The notes beneath the pieces are model-generated. The model was not told the origin of the DNA, did not search any database, and saw only the letters and a program-made list of their open reading frames with translations. Below are positions 20,745 through 30,981 of a DNA stretch of 64,000 bases, one piece after another (the first letter of the stretch is position 1; each line of letters starts with the position of its first letter). Location of the stretch: the sequence record NC_031047.1, one strand, 5' to 3'. Made by a program: the position numbers and the translations under genes. Source of the DNA: Escherichia phage HY03.

Positions 20745-20804
20745 TTTAATGGCCGTGTGTATTCATGCGGCCTTGGAGTAGAAAATAATTTAGAGGAAAT
20801 TAAT

Positions 20805-21263
20805 ATGAAATATATGACTGTTACTGATCTGAATAATGCAGGCGCAACTGTTATTGGTACAATCAAGAACGGTGAATGGTTTTTGGGAGTTCCACATAAA
20901 GATATTTTATCTAAACCTGGATTTTACTTTTTAGTAAGTAAATTAGATGGTCGTCCATTTAGTAATCCATGTGTGTCTGCACGATTTTATGTAGGTAATC
21001 AGCGTTCTAAGCAAGGATTCAGTGCGGTTTTAAGTCATATTCGCCAGCGTCGATCTCAGCTTGCGCGTACTATTGCAAATAACAATGTTCCATACACGGT
21101 ATTTTATCTACCTGCTTCTAAGATGAAACCTCTGACGACGGGATTTGGAAAAGGTCAGTTAGCTTTAGCGTTTACTCGTAATCATCATTCTGAGTATCAA
21201 ACGCTTGAAGAAATGAATCGTATGTTGGCTGATAATTTTAAATTTGTTTTGCAGGCATATTAA
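20805..21263 (+). CDS. ndd: Ndd nucleoid disruption protein
   Basis: [21 protein letters not shown]...NFKFVLQAY; matches recalled T4 Ndd; ORF-track start 20757 lies upstream of the true ATG. Confidence 0.88.
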
Positions 21264-21343
21264 TGAGCAATTTCCATAACGAACATGTGATGCAGTTCTA
21301 TCGTAACAATCTTAAAACTAAAGGCGTCTTCGGACGCCAGTGA
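21263..21343 (+). CDS. stp: Stp peptide (26 aa), activator of the host PrrC anticodon nuclease
   Basis: [26 protein letters not shown], identical to recalled T4 Stp; TAATG overlap with ndd. Confidence 0.85.
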
Positions 21344-21350
21344 GGAAAAT

Positions 21351-21506
21351 ATGAATATTGCGAAACTATTAGGAGTTATTTCATTTATTTGTTGGATAGT
21401 AGCATGTGTTTTAACTATCTGTATCGATGCTAGCAGTGTGTTTTCACAAGCTTTAGCCCAGGGTATGTGTGCATATTTAACATTTGCGTTGTTATCTAAT
21501 GATTAA
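21351..21506 (+). CDS. ac: Ac (acridine sensitivity) small membrane protein
   Basis: 51-aa hydrophobic ORF at the T4 ac position between stp and 52. Confidence 0.55.
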   Translation: MNIAKLLGVISFICWIVACVLTICIDASSVFSQALAQGMCAYLTFALLSND

Positions 21507-21639
21507 GAAAATCTTGGGCTACTCGGTAGCCCTTGCTGCTTTATTGGTAGCACTATATTATGGAGTAATGTTCGGATTAATTCAAGTCGTGCTTTTCATT
21601 TCTGATGTTATTATGGCACTACATTCACTAGTATGGTAA
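21499..21639 (+). CDS. small hydrophobic peptide (52.1 position)
   Basis: 46-aa ORF overlapping the ac stop. Confidence 0.4.
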   Translation: MIKKILGYSVALAALLVALYYGVMFGLIQVVLFISDVIMALHSLVW

Positions 21640-21643
21640 ATTT

Positions 21644-22972
21644 ATGCAACTGAATAATCGCGATTTAAAAAGTATCATTGATAATGAAGCATTGGCTTAT
21701 GCTATGTACACGGTTGAAAATCGTGCTATTCCAAATATGATTGATGGATTTAAGCCAGTTCAACGATTTGTTATTGCTCGAGCTCTTGATTTGGCGCGAG
21801 GAAATAAAGATAAGTTTCACAAACTCGCTTCTATTGCAGGTGGTGTAGCTGACCTTGGATATCATCATGGTGAAAACTCTGCGCAAGACGCGGGGGCTTT
21901 GATGGCTAATACTTGGAATAATAACTTTCCTCTGTTAGACGGTCAAGGAAACTTTGGTTCTCGTACTGTCCAAAAGGCAGCAGCAAGTCGTTATATTTTT
22001 GCTCGTGTAAGTAAAAATTTCTATAACGTATATAAAGATACTGAATATGCTCCAGTACATCAAGATAAAGAACACATTCCGCCTGCTTTCTATTTGCCTG
22101 TTATTCCTACTGTTCTTCTTAATGGCGTTTCCGGTATTGCAACTGGTTATGCAACTTACATTCTTCCTCATAGTGTTTCTTCTGTTAAGAAAGCTGTACT
22201 GCAAGCTCTTCAAGGAAAGAAAGTAACTAAACCGAAGGTAGAATTCCCAGAATTTCGTGGTGAAGTCGTTGAAATTGATGGGCAATATGAAATTCGTGGA
22301 ACATATAAGTTTACTTCACGAACTCAAATGCATATCACTGAGATTCCATATAAGTATGATCGTGAAACTTATGTGAGTAAAATCTTAGACCCGCTTGAAG
22401 ATAAAGGCTTCATTACATGGGATGATGCTTGTGGTGAGCATGGCTTTGGCTTCAAAGTTAAATTCCGAAAAGAATACTCTTTGAGCGATAATGAAGAAGA
22501 ACGCCATGCAAAAATCATGAAAGACTTCGGGTTGATTGAGCGTCGTTCCCAAAATATTACCGTTATTAATGAGAAAGGAAAGCTGCAAGTTTACGATAAC
22601 GTAGTTGATTTAATCAAAGACTTCGTTGAAGTTCGTAAAACTTATGTCCAAAAACGAATTGATAACAAAATCAAAGAAACTGAATCAGCATTTCGTTTAG
22701 CCTTTGCCAAGGCACATTTCATTAAGAAAGTAATTTCAGGTGAAATTGTTGTGCAAGGTAAAACTCGCAAAGAACTGACCGAAGAACTTTCTAAAATTGA
22801 TATGTATTCTTCTTATGTTGATAAACTAGTCGGAATGAATATTTTTCATATGACTTCCGACGAAGCAAAGAAACTTGCTGAAGAAGCTAAAGCTAAGAAA
22901 GAAGAAAACGAATATTGGAAAACTACTGATGTAGTTACAGAATACACCAAAGATTTAGAGGAAATCAAATGA
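21644..22972 (+). CDS. 52: DNA topoisomerase II medium subunit gp52
   Basis: 442 aa; GyrA-type breakage-reunion domain; matches recalled T4 gp52. Confidence 0.93.
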   Translation: MQLNNRDLKSIIDNEALAYAMYTVENRAIPNMIDGFKPVQRFVIARALDLARGNKDKFHKLASIAGGVADLGYHHGENSAQDAGALMANTWNNNFPLLDGQGNFGSRTVQKAAASRYIFARVSKNFYNVYKDTEYAPVHQDKEHIPPAFYLPVIPTVLLNGVSGIATGYATYILPHSVSSVKKAVLQALQGKKVTKPKVEFPEFRGEVVEIDGQYEIRGTYKFTSRTQMHITEIPYKYDRETYVSKILDPLEDKGFITWDDACGEHGFGFKVKFRKEYSLSDNEEERHAKIMKDFGLIERRSQNITVINEKGKLQVYDNVVDLIKDFVEVRKTYVQKRIDNKIKETESAFRLAFAKAHFIKKVISGEIVVQGKTRKELTEELSKIDMYSSYVDKLVGMNIFHMTSDEAKKLAEEAKAKKEENEYWKTTDVVTEYTKDLEEIK

Positions 22973-23118
22973 GTCCATTCATAGGTATTACAAGCGCTGC
23001 ATTAGTATCTGGTGGCATTTTACTGGCGGGTTTAGGTGTTGTTCCAGCTGTAGCAGGAGGTCTTCTTGCGTTCGGAATTCAACGTGTTATCATGATAGTT
23101 ATCACAGTCATGCAGTAA
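22969..23118 (+). CDS. small hydrophobic peptide (motA.1 position)
   Basis: 49-aa ORF MSPFIGITSAALVSGGILLAGLGVVPAVAGGLLAFGIQRVIMIVITVMQ. Confidence 0.45.
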   Translation: MSPFIGITSAALVSGGILLAGLGVVPAVAGGLLAFGIQRVIMIVITVMQ

Positions 23119-23123
23119 TTTTA

Positions 23124-23149
23124 GGGAGAGCCGAGGCTCTCCCTTTTTT
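23124..23149 (+). terminator. Rho-independent terminator (GGGAGAGC-CGAG-GCTCTCCC plus T6)
   Basis: 8-bp stem and T run 23144..23149. Confidence 0.8.
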
Positions 23150-23173
23150 ATTTTAAAATTTTTTCACAAAACG

Positions 23174-23203
23174 GTTTACAACCAAAGCATACTGTGGTAC
23201 TAT
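23174..23203 (+). promoter_or_regulatory. T4-type early promoter upstream of motA
   Basis: GTTTAC 23174..23179, TG-n-TACTAT 23198..23203. Confidence 0.7.
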
Positions 23204-23244
23204 ACAACTATCAACTACTGATACAGAATTACGGAGATTAGAAA

Positions 23245-23880
23245 ATGTCTAAAGTAACTTACATCATCAAAGCTTCTAACGATGTTCTGAATGAAAAAAC
23301 TGCTGCGATTTTAATTACCATTGCTAAGAAAGATTTCATTACAGCTGCAGAAGTTCGTAAGGTGCATCCAGATTTAGGTAACGCAGTAGTTAATAGTAAT
23401 ATTGGGGTATTGATTAAAAAAGGCCTGGTGGAGAAATCTGGTGATGGATTAATCATTACTGGTGAAGCTCAGGATATTATTTCAAATGCAGCAACTTTAT
23501 ATGCACAGGAAAATGCTCCTGAACTACTGAAAAAACGAGCAACTCGTAAAGCTCGCGAAATTACTTCTGATATGGAAGAAGATAAAGACCTCATGTTAAA
23601 ACTTTTAGATGAAAATGGATTTGTTCTTAAAAAGGTTGAAACTTATCGTAGTAACTATCTTGCTATTTTAGAAAAACGCACTCACGGAATTCGTAATTTT
23701 GAAATTAACAACAATGGAAATATGCGAATTTTTGGATACAAAATGATGGAACATCATATTCAGAAATTTACTGATATTGGAATGTCATGTAAAATCGCTA
23801 AAAATGGTAATGTGTATCTTGACATTAAACGCTCAGCAGAAAACATTGAAGCTGTAATCACCGTAGCATCTGAACTGTGA
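23245..23880 (+). CDS. motA: MotA middle-mode transcription activator
   Basis: 211 aa; matches recalled T4 MotA. Confidence 0.9.
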   Translation: MSKVTYIIKASNDVLNEKTAAILITIAKKDFITAAEVRKVHPDLGNAVVNSNIGVLIKKGLVEKSGDGLIITGEAQDIISNAATLYAQENAPELLKKRATRKAREITSDMEEDKDLMLKLLDENGFVLKKVETYRSNYLAILEKRTHGIRNFEINNNGNMRIFGYKMMEHHIQKFTDIGMSCKIAKNGNVYLDIKRSAENIEAVITVASEL

Positions 23881-23890
23881 GGAATAAATA

Positions 23891-24220
23891 ATGAACAAGT
23901 TAGAAATTGTTAATGAACTTCGTCGTTGCGCAGAACCTACTCAAGAGGGTTGGGATATTTGGTACCATGGAGCTTATCTTGGAACTATCGTAAAGATTAA
24001 GACTGGTAAATACATGATTATTCGTGAAAGTAAAGATGCTCCAGTAGGTATTCGCAATAATTTTATGGCAGCGATAAGTTCATTTACAGATGCAGCTTAC
24101 GAAATTTACCTTGCTGATTATAAAGAATTCCAGGAATCTCAACCAGTTATTCGCTCAATTGGTGTTAACAAAGCTCAACAGAAAACTTTATGGCAACGTA
24201 TTAAAGGATGGTTTAAATGA
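23891..24220 (+). CDS. hypothetical protein
   Basis: 109-aa ORF. Confidence 0.5.
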   Translation: MNKLEIVNELRRCAEPTQEGWDIWYHGAYLGTIVKIKTGKYMIIRESKDAPVGIRNNFMAAISSFTDAAYEIYLADYKEFQESQPVIRSIGVNKAQQKTLWQRIKGWFK

Positions 24221-24368
24221 AAACATTTAAAATTGTCGTAGAATTTTATAACGACGAAGGTGTAGTCCATCTTAAAGCGGCCAACCAGTTTGATGCGGTA
24301 AGAGTATATTGTCAATGCTTTGAAAGTTCTAAACAAGCTATAAAAATTAAAAGTGTTGAGGAAACCAA

Positions 24369-24836
24369 ATGAAAACCTTCAAAGAGCGTCTTGAATTATT
24401 AGACCTGGCTTTATTACGTGAAACTCCAGAAAGTCTAGCAGCTAAATTACAGGCCTATGGCGACTACACCGAATATACGGAAGAGGATGTTTTAGAAGAG
24501 GTTCCTGAAATCTGTTGGCAAGTAGCTCATTGGAACAATAATGAAAAATATCAACGTCGAATTGTGTGTGCAGCCAACCGCTTTAAGTTAAAAGATGGTG
24601 GGACTCTGGTTATTCCTGACGTTCGTCATTATTCTAAAGATATGGCAGAAGTGCTCGACCAGGTAAGTGATAAACTTGTGTCGGACCATGTTTGCGGTGA
24701 AGACCAAGGGTTTATTGACCAATATAGTAATTATTGGACACGTGAAGAAGCAATGATTATTGCAACTTACGCTGGACAAGTACGTATTGAACGCGGTGGT
24801 AGTGAAAAAGAACTTTACTCTGAGGACCTTTACTAA
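24369..24836 (+). CDS. hypothetical acidic protein
   Basis: 155-aa ORF. Confidence 0.5.
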   Translation: MKTFKERLELLDLALLRETPESLAAKLQAYGDYTEYTEEDVLEEVPEICWQVAHWNNNEKYQRRIVCAANRFKLKDGGTLVIPDVRHYSKDMAEVLDQVSDKLVSDHVCGEDQGFIDQYSNYWTREEAMIIATYAGQVRIERGGSEKELYSEDLY

Positions 24837-25132
24837 TGAATATTAAAAAGTTTCAAATTGATGGAATTACTAATCAAATCCAGGCATTGGAATATGCCAA
24901 TAAAATGATGTCAACTAATTGGGGAATTTATGCTAATGAACCTGCATTTCAGTTTTGTGATATGGAATTAACTAAAAAGCTCGTAGGAAAAGATTATGTA
25001 TGTCCATTTAGTTCCCCAATAAATGGAATGCTAAAACCTGCTTTACGTGATCTTTATATTGCGATGAACGAAGAGATGATAAAAAAGCTAAAACGTCAAC
25101 TGAAGGTGATTCAATTTGGCCAGGGAAATTAA
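24836..25132 (+). CDS. hypothetical protein; may continue into the next frame (see findings)
   Basis: 98-aa ORF, TAATG overlap upstream. Confidence 0.5.
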   Translation: MNIKKFQIDGITNQIQALEYANKMMSTNWGIYANEPAFQFCDMELTKKLVGKDYVCPFSSPINGMLKPALRDLYIAMNEEMIKKLKRQLKVIQFGQGN

Positions 25133-25334
25133 TTCAAAATCCGATTATTTTAATTCTCTCAATGATAAAGATAAAAATCTAATACGGCATTTTATTGTTG
25201 AGATGGGATATACTGATACACGTGATTTAAGAGAACATATATTTGAATGTGGTGTAGCTAAAAAGTTTTCATTCACGTGCAAATGTTTAAGAGAGGTGAT
25301 TCAGCACTATGAACAATTTAGTCGCAAAACATAA
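25116..25334 (+). CDS. hypothetical protein lacking an ATG start; possible frameshifted continuation of 24836..25132
   Basis: Frame opens only 6 nt before its TTG; first ATG is codon 30 with no SD. Confidence 0.3.
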   Translation: MAREINSKSDYFNSLNDKDKNLIRHFIVEMGYTDTRDLREHIFECGVAKKFSFTCKCLREVIQHYEQFSRKT

Positions 25335-25417
25335 TTTTAATAAAGCTTCTGTTCATAAAGATAAGAAGAAAGCGTTTAAAGAATCTAATCGCAAACAGAA
25401 ACATAAGGGGAAGGTCT

Positions 25418-25696
25418 ATGATTATTGATTCTCAATCTGTAGTTCAATATACAATCAAAATTGACATTCTAGAAAAGCTATATAAGTTTCTACCAAATCT
25501 ATATCACTCAATTGTCAATGAATTAGTTGAAGAACTACATCTTGAGAATAATGATTTCTTGGTTGGAACTTATAAAGATAACTCAAAGGCGGGGTATTTT
25601 TACGTAATTCCAGCTCCAGGAAAAAGTATTGATGATGTATTAAAAACTATAATGATTTATGTCCATGATTACGAAATTGAAGATTATTTCGAATGA
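25418..25696 (+). CDS. arn: Arn anti-restriction nuclease (McrBC inhibitor)
   Basis: 92 aa, acidic C-terminus; length and position as recalled for T4 Arn. Confidence 0.8.
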   Translation: MIIDSQSVVQYTIKIDILEKLYKFLPNLYHSIVNELVEELHLENNDFLVGTYKDNSKAGYFYVIPAPGKSIDDVLKTIMIYVHDYEIEDYFE

Positions 25697-25845
25697 GTCA
25701 TAATCTTGAAAAGGTAATCGAGCATAATGTAGCTCAGGAACGTGAGTCGTTCAAGGAATTCGTAGAAAAAATTTTTGAAGAAAATAACACAGACCAGTTT
25801 ACAAATCAAGTGTCTGATGATATTATAATAAAGTCAGCTAATTGA
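25693..25845 (+). CDS. hypothetical small protein (asiA.1 position)
   Basis: 50-aa ORF, ATGA overlap with arn stop. Confidence 0.4.
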   Translation: MSHNLEKVIEHNVAQERESFKEFVEKIFEENNTDQFTNQVSDDIIIKSAN

Positions 25846-25857
25846 GTGGTATAGTTA

Positions 25858-26130
25858 ATGAATAAAAACATTGATACAGTTCGTGAAATTATTACTGTTG
25901 CATCTATTTTGATTAAATTTTCCAGAGAAGATATTGTTGAGAATCGTGCTATTTTTATTGCATTTCTGAATGAGATTGGAGTAACGCATGAAGGTAGAAA
26001 GTTAAATCAGAATTCATTCCGTAAAATTGTTTCTGAATTAACCCAAGAAGATAAGAAAACCCTCATCGACGAATTCAACGAGGGTTTTGAGGGTGTATAT
26101 CGATATCTAGAGATGTATACGAACAAATAA
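25858..26130 (+). CDS. asiA: AsiA anti-sigma-70 factor
   Basis: 90 aa; matches recalled T4 AsiA. Confidence 0.93.
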   Translation: MNKNIDTVREIITVASILIKFSREDIVENRAIFIAFLNEIGVTHEGRKLNQNSFRKIVSELTQEDKKTLIDEFNEGFEGVYRYLEMYTNK

Positions 26131-26787
26131 TTATTTAGCCCTTCCTAATATTCTGGCCGCCTGAGCACATATTGATTCAAGGCGGTCATTACTTATATGA
26201 TCATTTCTATACCAGTACATGGTTATTGTTCCAGCATAGATATTATCCAAATTGAAATATGGACAACTGTACATGTAGTTTATTTCGGGAGTAGGCTTTT
26301 TAGTTGGTAAAAAAGCAAATTTTGAGTCGGAATAATAATGACGTCCATTTAAATGAACTGCATATTCATCCATAGTTTTATCAACAGGATATCCTCCAAG
26401 TGATTTTTCGCTTATTGTTGAAGGTAATTTTCCTTCATATGCTATAATATCAACAAAATAGTTTAAGTTTTTAGGGCGGAAAGAATACACCGCACTAAAG
26501 TCTGCCTCAGATGATATGTGAACTATCTGGAGTTGTTCCAGGGCGACAGATTCAAAGCGTGCATTTCTTTCCTTTTCAATAATTTCACTGTATGTTTCAT
26601 ACTTTGATTGCTTATAGTACTCAAAGAAACTATCTCCCCTATACCAAACAATCGCCATCATAAATAAAAGAATTACGACAGCTACTCGGGAAGCAAGAAC
26701 CTTCCCGGTAGCGTTATCTTTGAACAAGCGATCTAGAATACCCAACAGAATATCAGAGGGCGAAAATGATATTCTAGGTGCTGCCAT
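26131..26787 (-). CDS. t: holin T
   Basis: 218 aa; N-terminal TM segment and large periplasmic domain; matches recalled T4 T. Confidence 0.93.
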   Translation of the reverse strand: MAAPRISFSPSDILLGILDRLFKDNATGKVLASRVAVVILLFMMAIVWYRGDSFFEYYKQSKYETYSEIIEKERNARFESVALEQLQIVHISSEADFSAVYSFRPKNLNYFVDIIAYEGKLPSTISEKSLGGYPVDKTMDEYAVHLNGRHYYSDSKFAFLPTKKPTPEINYMYSCPYFNLDNIYAGTITMYWYRNDHISNDRLESICAQAARILGRAK

Positions 26788-26805
26788 AGACCCTCCTTTT
26801 AAGGA

Positions 26806-26813
26806 TATTTATT
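26806..26813 (-). promoter_or_regulatory. possible late promoter for t (AATAAATA, one mismatch to TATAAATA)
   Basis: Lies about 19 nt upstream of the t start codon on the - strand. Confidence 0.3.
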
Positions 26814-26817
26814 CAAA

Positions 26818-27612
26818 TTATACTCTTGGACCATATATTGCTCCAACATTTTGCCATGTTGGAGCTGATCCTATAACAGCATATCCGGCAGCGCCACCAG
26901 CTCCAACTTTTAGAACTTTACCGCCATCATGCCAGGCATTTTGTCCATTTGCGCCAGCATCACCACCCTGGCCAGAGTGAGCATTACCATAATTATAACC
27001 ACCTCCTGGGCCATCATAAGAAGCTGCGCCACCGGAATAACCTCCGCCTCCTCCTGGGCCAAATGGTCTTCCTCCACCGCCACCAATATCTTGCCACCTT
27101 GCGCCAGAGTGAGGACGATAAGCGATACCGCCACCACCGCCACCACCGCCACAAATTACTCCACCATTATTAATTCTTAATCGACCACCAATGTCATTTT
27201 GAATACAATGTCCACCCTGTTGACCATTACCATCTCCACCAGAATGAGTCCATCCACCTTGTCCACCTCTGCCCCACATATGAGCTCCACCGCTAATATT
27301 CAACTGAACATATTCATTTGGTGTATCTCCATACATGAAGAATAAAGGAACATCTCTAGAATATGATACCAAATTTCCTGTGATATTAAACACTATAGGT
27401 GCACTACCTGCCTCAAAACATCTATCTCGGAACCATTGACCATTAAAGTTATGGTCTGCTCCAAGTGTATGAATTACTTCAACAGATCGACCTATCATAT
27501 TACTCATCCAAAACGGAATTCCCATTCTCAATCTCTGCGCGGCACCACCCATCCAAGGGTCTCCAGTTTGTACCCTCGCAGACGATCCTACCCACGGTCC
27601 TGTTACTGCCAT
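26818..27612 (-). CDS. 38: gp38 tail-fibre adhesin, T2-type
   Basis: 264 aa from ATG 27612 (SD GGAGG); conserved Gly-rich islands GGGGGGG and [14 protein letters not shown] separating variable segments; unlike the short T4-type gp38 chaperone. Confidence 0.85.
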   Translation of the reverse strand: MAVTGPWVGSSARVQTGDPWMGGAAQRLRMGIPFWMSNMIGRSVEVIHTLGADHNFNGQWFRDRCFEAGSAPIVFNITGNLVSYSRDVPLFFMYGDTPNEYVQLNISGGAHMWGRGGQGGWTHSGGDGNGQQGGHCIQNDIGGRLRINNGGVICGGGGGGGGIAYRPHSGARWQDIGGGGGRPFGPGGGGGYSGGAASYDGPGGGYNYGNAHSGQGGDAGANGQNAWHDGGKVLKVGAGGAAGYAVIGSAPTWQNVGAIYGPRV

Positions 27613-27624
27613 ATAAACCTCCAA

Positions 27625-27638
27625 GGGGCCGAAGCCCC
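27625..27638 (-). other. GGGGC-UUCG-GCCCC hairpin between gene 37 stop and gene 38 SD
   Basis: Perfect 5-bp GC stem with UUCG tetraloop on the late transcript. Confidence 0.6.
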
Positions 27639-27643
27639 TCTTA

Positions 27644-30600
27644 TTATTTTAACAACGATTTAACTAATGCTTTAAGTTCTTCGATTTCTGATTTAAGTTC
27701 TGCAATTTCTGCAGTATGCTCATTGATTGCAGCTGTATTTAAACCAATTACACCGTTATAGTTCAAACGAAGTAAAGCTTCACCATCCGGGTCACCTTCA
27801 ACTAATTCAGGCAAAATAGCTTGAACTTCTTGAGCTATCAAACCAGCGTTAGGTTCCCATTTCTGATTACCTTCTTCATCTGTTCCACGTTTCTGCATAT
27901 AAGTGTAACCGTTAATTTTAGAAAGCTTCTGAGAAGCATTTTCAAATTTAACGAGGTCTTTTTTAACGCGAATATCAGAACGGACATAAACATCACGGAC
28001 AAACGTTGAATAGCTGTCATTCGCCTGGACTAGATGACCGTGAGAAATAATCGCTTTATCAACTTCGGTCCACAAACCACCATGACTTCCCCATAGTCCT
28101 GAGTGTTCTTGATACATCGTACCCCATGATGCAATATGCTGTCCGTTAGCAAACATGTTAATACGACCATCACCACCATGAACTAATCCGGTATCATTAT
28201 CACCAATAACAAGACATGGTCCAGTCCATGCAGGGTCACCTCCACCAGCTGATAATCTTGCTCCAGTTTGAACCATGTTAGGAGCATACAGAACTCCATC
28301 GTGGTGGAATTCATATATAGCTTGCGGGTCAGAACCATTTTCCTGGTTACCTACACGAATAATACCTTGTGCCCATTTGTTAGTGATACGGCGCATACCA
28401 AAATCTACACCAGATACGTATCCTTCATTCGTAATAACAGATTTTCCTTTGATAATTGGATAATAACTATCATTACCGACGTAGCCAAAATCCACAAATA
28501 TCGGAGCTTCTTGACGCCATTGACTTCCCCAATCGCCAGCTTGGTGCGCAGTCCAGTATGCTCCATTTATATAAAGACGATCCCTATTAAAATTAAAAGT
28601 AGCAGACCCTTGAGGAGATAAAGCAATTTCTCCGACCTCATTAATGTTAACACCGCTGTTAGTTTGGAAACTGTAAAATGATATAGTATTATCGGCGCCG
28701 CCGTTACCAACATACCAGTTATCAACGCCTGCTTTTTGTCCTTTCATATAACCGGATTCGCTTGCAGCACTATTAATAACAATAACATCCGAGTTGGCAT
28801 TAAGAGTTAAACGGCCTGTCATTGTATCGCCTTCTTTCGAAACACGAGTCGCAATAGCATCGCGAATATTTGTAATGTCTCCTGCTGCAGTAAACGTTTT
28901 CCAGATATCAGACCAGATGTTACCATTGCGAGCAATAGTAGCTTCGCCGCCGCCGACAGAAACGTTATCTGGGAAGTTAACAGTACCGTCTTGATTAAAA
29001 CGAGACGTATGGCCTTGTGAACCATCTTCTTTCAGATGATGAATAACGAATGTACCAGAATTAATTTCAGTACCTAAAGACCAAACTGCTTTACCATTTA
29101 AGAATTTCTGTTTAACAATAGGATAATATTTGCTTACAGCATCATCATCAATTTCCTGGAAAATAGGAGCCGCTTGAGCATATTGAACGGCATAACCTCC
29201 AGCCCCAGCTCCATGACCAGCAAATTTAATATAGCCATTTGCTGCGAACGTATTGTAACTTGATTGTAAATCTGGAATAGTAACTTTACCAGTATCTAAA
29301 GCCATACTAAACGGGCGAAGTGGACCGATATCGCCGTGTTTACCTTCACCGTAAGCAGTTGGAATAATATGAAGACTGCCTTCTGAACGTCTAAAAATGG
29401 CTCCATAATCTGCATTCCAAATGCGAAGACCATTTACAGCATTTGTCGCGATTTCACCGGCTGCGCTGATTGTACCGTCAAATGTAGCATTTTTTACTAC
29501 TGTCAAGTTTTCATTAACAATCTGGGTGCCATTTATAACCGATTCGACTTTACCTGCAGTTGTTCGTTGAATATAACTCATCCAGCTAGTTGCATCAGAA
29601 ATTTCCATGACATTTTTGCGATTACCTTCGCTAGGATTAATAAATGTATTACCCCACACAGAAATTGTCATGTTATCCACAGAACTACTACCTGTTGTGT
29701 TACCTCTAAACATCAGCGTAGAAGAATTATTACGACCATCAATATTAACAGAACCACCAATAACGTCAATATTACCAGGAGTAACTAACAAACCGCCGTG
29801 AGTATTAATGTTTGTGACACCTTTACCGCGGAAATAGTGATGATATCTACCGCCTTGATAATATCCCAAAAGAGTCTGACCATCTCCAAACGCGTTATTA
29901 TCATGATATGTAACAACAGTAGCGAGAGCATAGTTTTCAGTAGGAGGAGTAGTTAAATCGGTTCCATTGGTAGAATATCCAGCTACAAATTTTCTTAGGC
30001 TAGTTGTTTCGCTAGGGCTAAATAAAAATGTTTTCGTTCCATTATTGACGCTGAAATAATATCCATCCTGGTGCCATTTAAATCCAGTATCATTATCCCC
30101 TAAAGCAATACTAGATGGTCCTAGTATTGAATAATCTTTATTGCCAGGTGTTAAACCGATAGAAATTGAGTGACTCGATTTAATTCCGCCGCTCCATGTA
30201 AATGACCAAAGATAAGCGTCTAGCCCATCTCCGCTGTACCAAGTTATTCCATCATTATCTTTAACTTCATGGAAAATGCCAGAACCGACTGCATTACGCA
30301 TGACACGGAGATGATTAATAGCAGTAGTGCTTTCAGACAGTGGAACATTATCTGCCATCGAATAAATGTCATAATCACCTGTAGATTTATTATTAGTAAT
30401 GACTTTGTTGGTCAAAATCTGAGGAGTTGACATAGATTTCCATGCTGATACTTCAGGTGAAGTAAATAGGCCACTACCTGAAAATGCATAAGTGCTTTCG
30501 CTACCAGCGGCGTAGTCTTGAACCCTGATATTAAGTACTTGTGTAGTTAAACCGTCATTAGCAGGAGAAAAAATAATACCGCGTTCACGGTCGGCGGAAT

Positions 30601-30973
30601 CATGAAAACGAACGTGTGCCGTTCCTGAACTTTTTGTAATAAGTTCTCCACCCTCAGTCATAATCTGCCCGGCGGCAATAATATCGCGAGTTACTCGAGC
30701 AATACCAGTTAAATTAAAATTACCTGTCTGAGTGAAAGTGCCATTTAAAGTATAATCACCAGTTTGATTATAGTTTCCTTTATGAATAACATTTCCGTCA
30801 ATACTACCGCCCTTAGCAAAACCCAGATCAATGATATTTCCTTGGTCATCTTTAGTAAAAAGTACGCGGTCTTTTAAATTTATAGCCAATTCACCTTCGG
30901 CTAATACTGAAGCGGCAGGACGTGCTCCTGCGGTTTTGCTTCTTTTAAATTGTATTTGTTTTAAAGTAGCCAT
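27644..30973 (-). CDS. 37: gp37 long tail fibre distal subunit with C-terminal intramolecular chaperone domain
   Basis: 1109 aa; N-terminus [13 protein letters not shown]...[17 protein letters not shown] matches gp37; C-terminal ~110 aa carry an S74-like signature. Confidence 0.9.
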   Translation of the reverse strand: MATLKQIQFKRSKTAGARPAASVLAEGELAINLKDRVLFTKDDQGNIIDLGFAKGGSIDGNVIHKGNYNQTGDYTLNGTFTQTGNFNLTGIARVTRDIIAAGQIMTEGGELITKSSGTAHVRFHDSADRERGIIFSPANDGLTTQVLNIRVQDYAAGSESTYAFSGSGLFTSPEVSAWKSMSTPQILTNKVITNNKSTGDYDIYSMADNVPLSESTTAINHLRVMRNAVGSGIFHEVKDNDGITWYSGDGLDAYLWSFTWSGGIKSSHSISIGLTPGNKDYSILGPSSIALGDNDTGFKWHQDGYYFSVNNGTKTFLFSPSETTSLRKFVAGYSTNGTDLTTPPTENYALATVVTYHDNNAFGDGQTLLGYYQGGRYHHYFRGKGVTNINTHGGLLVTPGNIDVIGGSVNIDGRNNSSTLMFRGNTTGSSSVDNMTISVWGNTFINPSEGNRKNVMEISDATSWMSYIQRTTAGKVESVINGTQIVNENLTVVKNATFDGTISAAGEIATNAVNGLRIWNADYGAIFRRSEGSLHIIPTAYGEGKHGDIGPLRPFSMALDTGKVTIPDLQSSYNTFAANGYIKFAGHGAGAGGYAVQYAQAAPIFQEIDDDAVSKYYPIVKQKFLNGKAVWSLGTEINSGTFVIHHLKEDGSQGHTSRFNQDGTVNFPDNVSVGGGEATIARNGNIWSDIWKTFTAAGDITNIRDAIATRVSKEGDTMTGRLTLNANSDVIVINSAASESGYMKGQKAGVDNWYVGNGGADNTISFYSFQTNSGVNINEVGEIALSPQGSATFNFNRDRLYINGAYWTAHQAGDWGSQWRQEAPIFVDFGYVGNDSYYPIIKGKSVITNEGYVSGVDFGMRRITNKWAQGIIRVGNQENGSDPQAIYEFHHDGVLYAPNMVQTGARLSAGGGDPAWTGPCLVIGDNDTGLVHGGDGRINMFANGQHIASWGTMYQEHSGLWGSHGGLWTEVDKAIISHGHLVQANDSYSTFVRDVYVRSDIRVKKDLVKFENASQKLSKINGYTYMQKRGTDEEGNQKWEPNAGLIAQEVQAILPELVEGDPDGEALLRLNYNGVIGLNTAAINEHTAEIAELKSEIEELKALVKSLLK

Positions 30974-30981
30974 AAGTCCTC

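Noticed and set aside
26720-27761. Several + strand ORFs (26720..26980, 26929..27180, 26949..27173, 27436..27663, 27465..27761) overlapping gene 38 and the 37/38 junction
   Set aside because: They are antisense to the Gly-rich gp38 coding sequence, have repetitive low-complexity translations (His/Thr/Ala runs from GGN/NCC repeats) and no translation signals; shadow ORFs.
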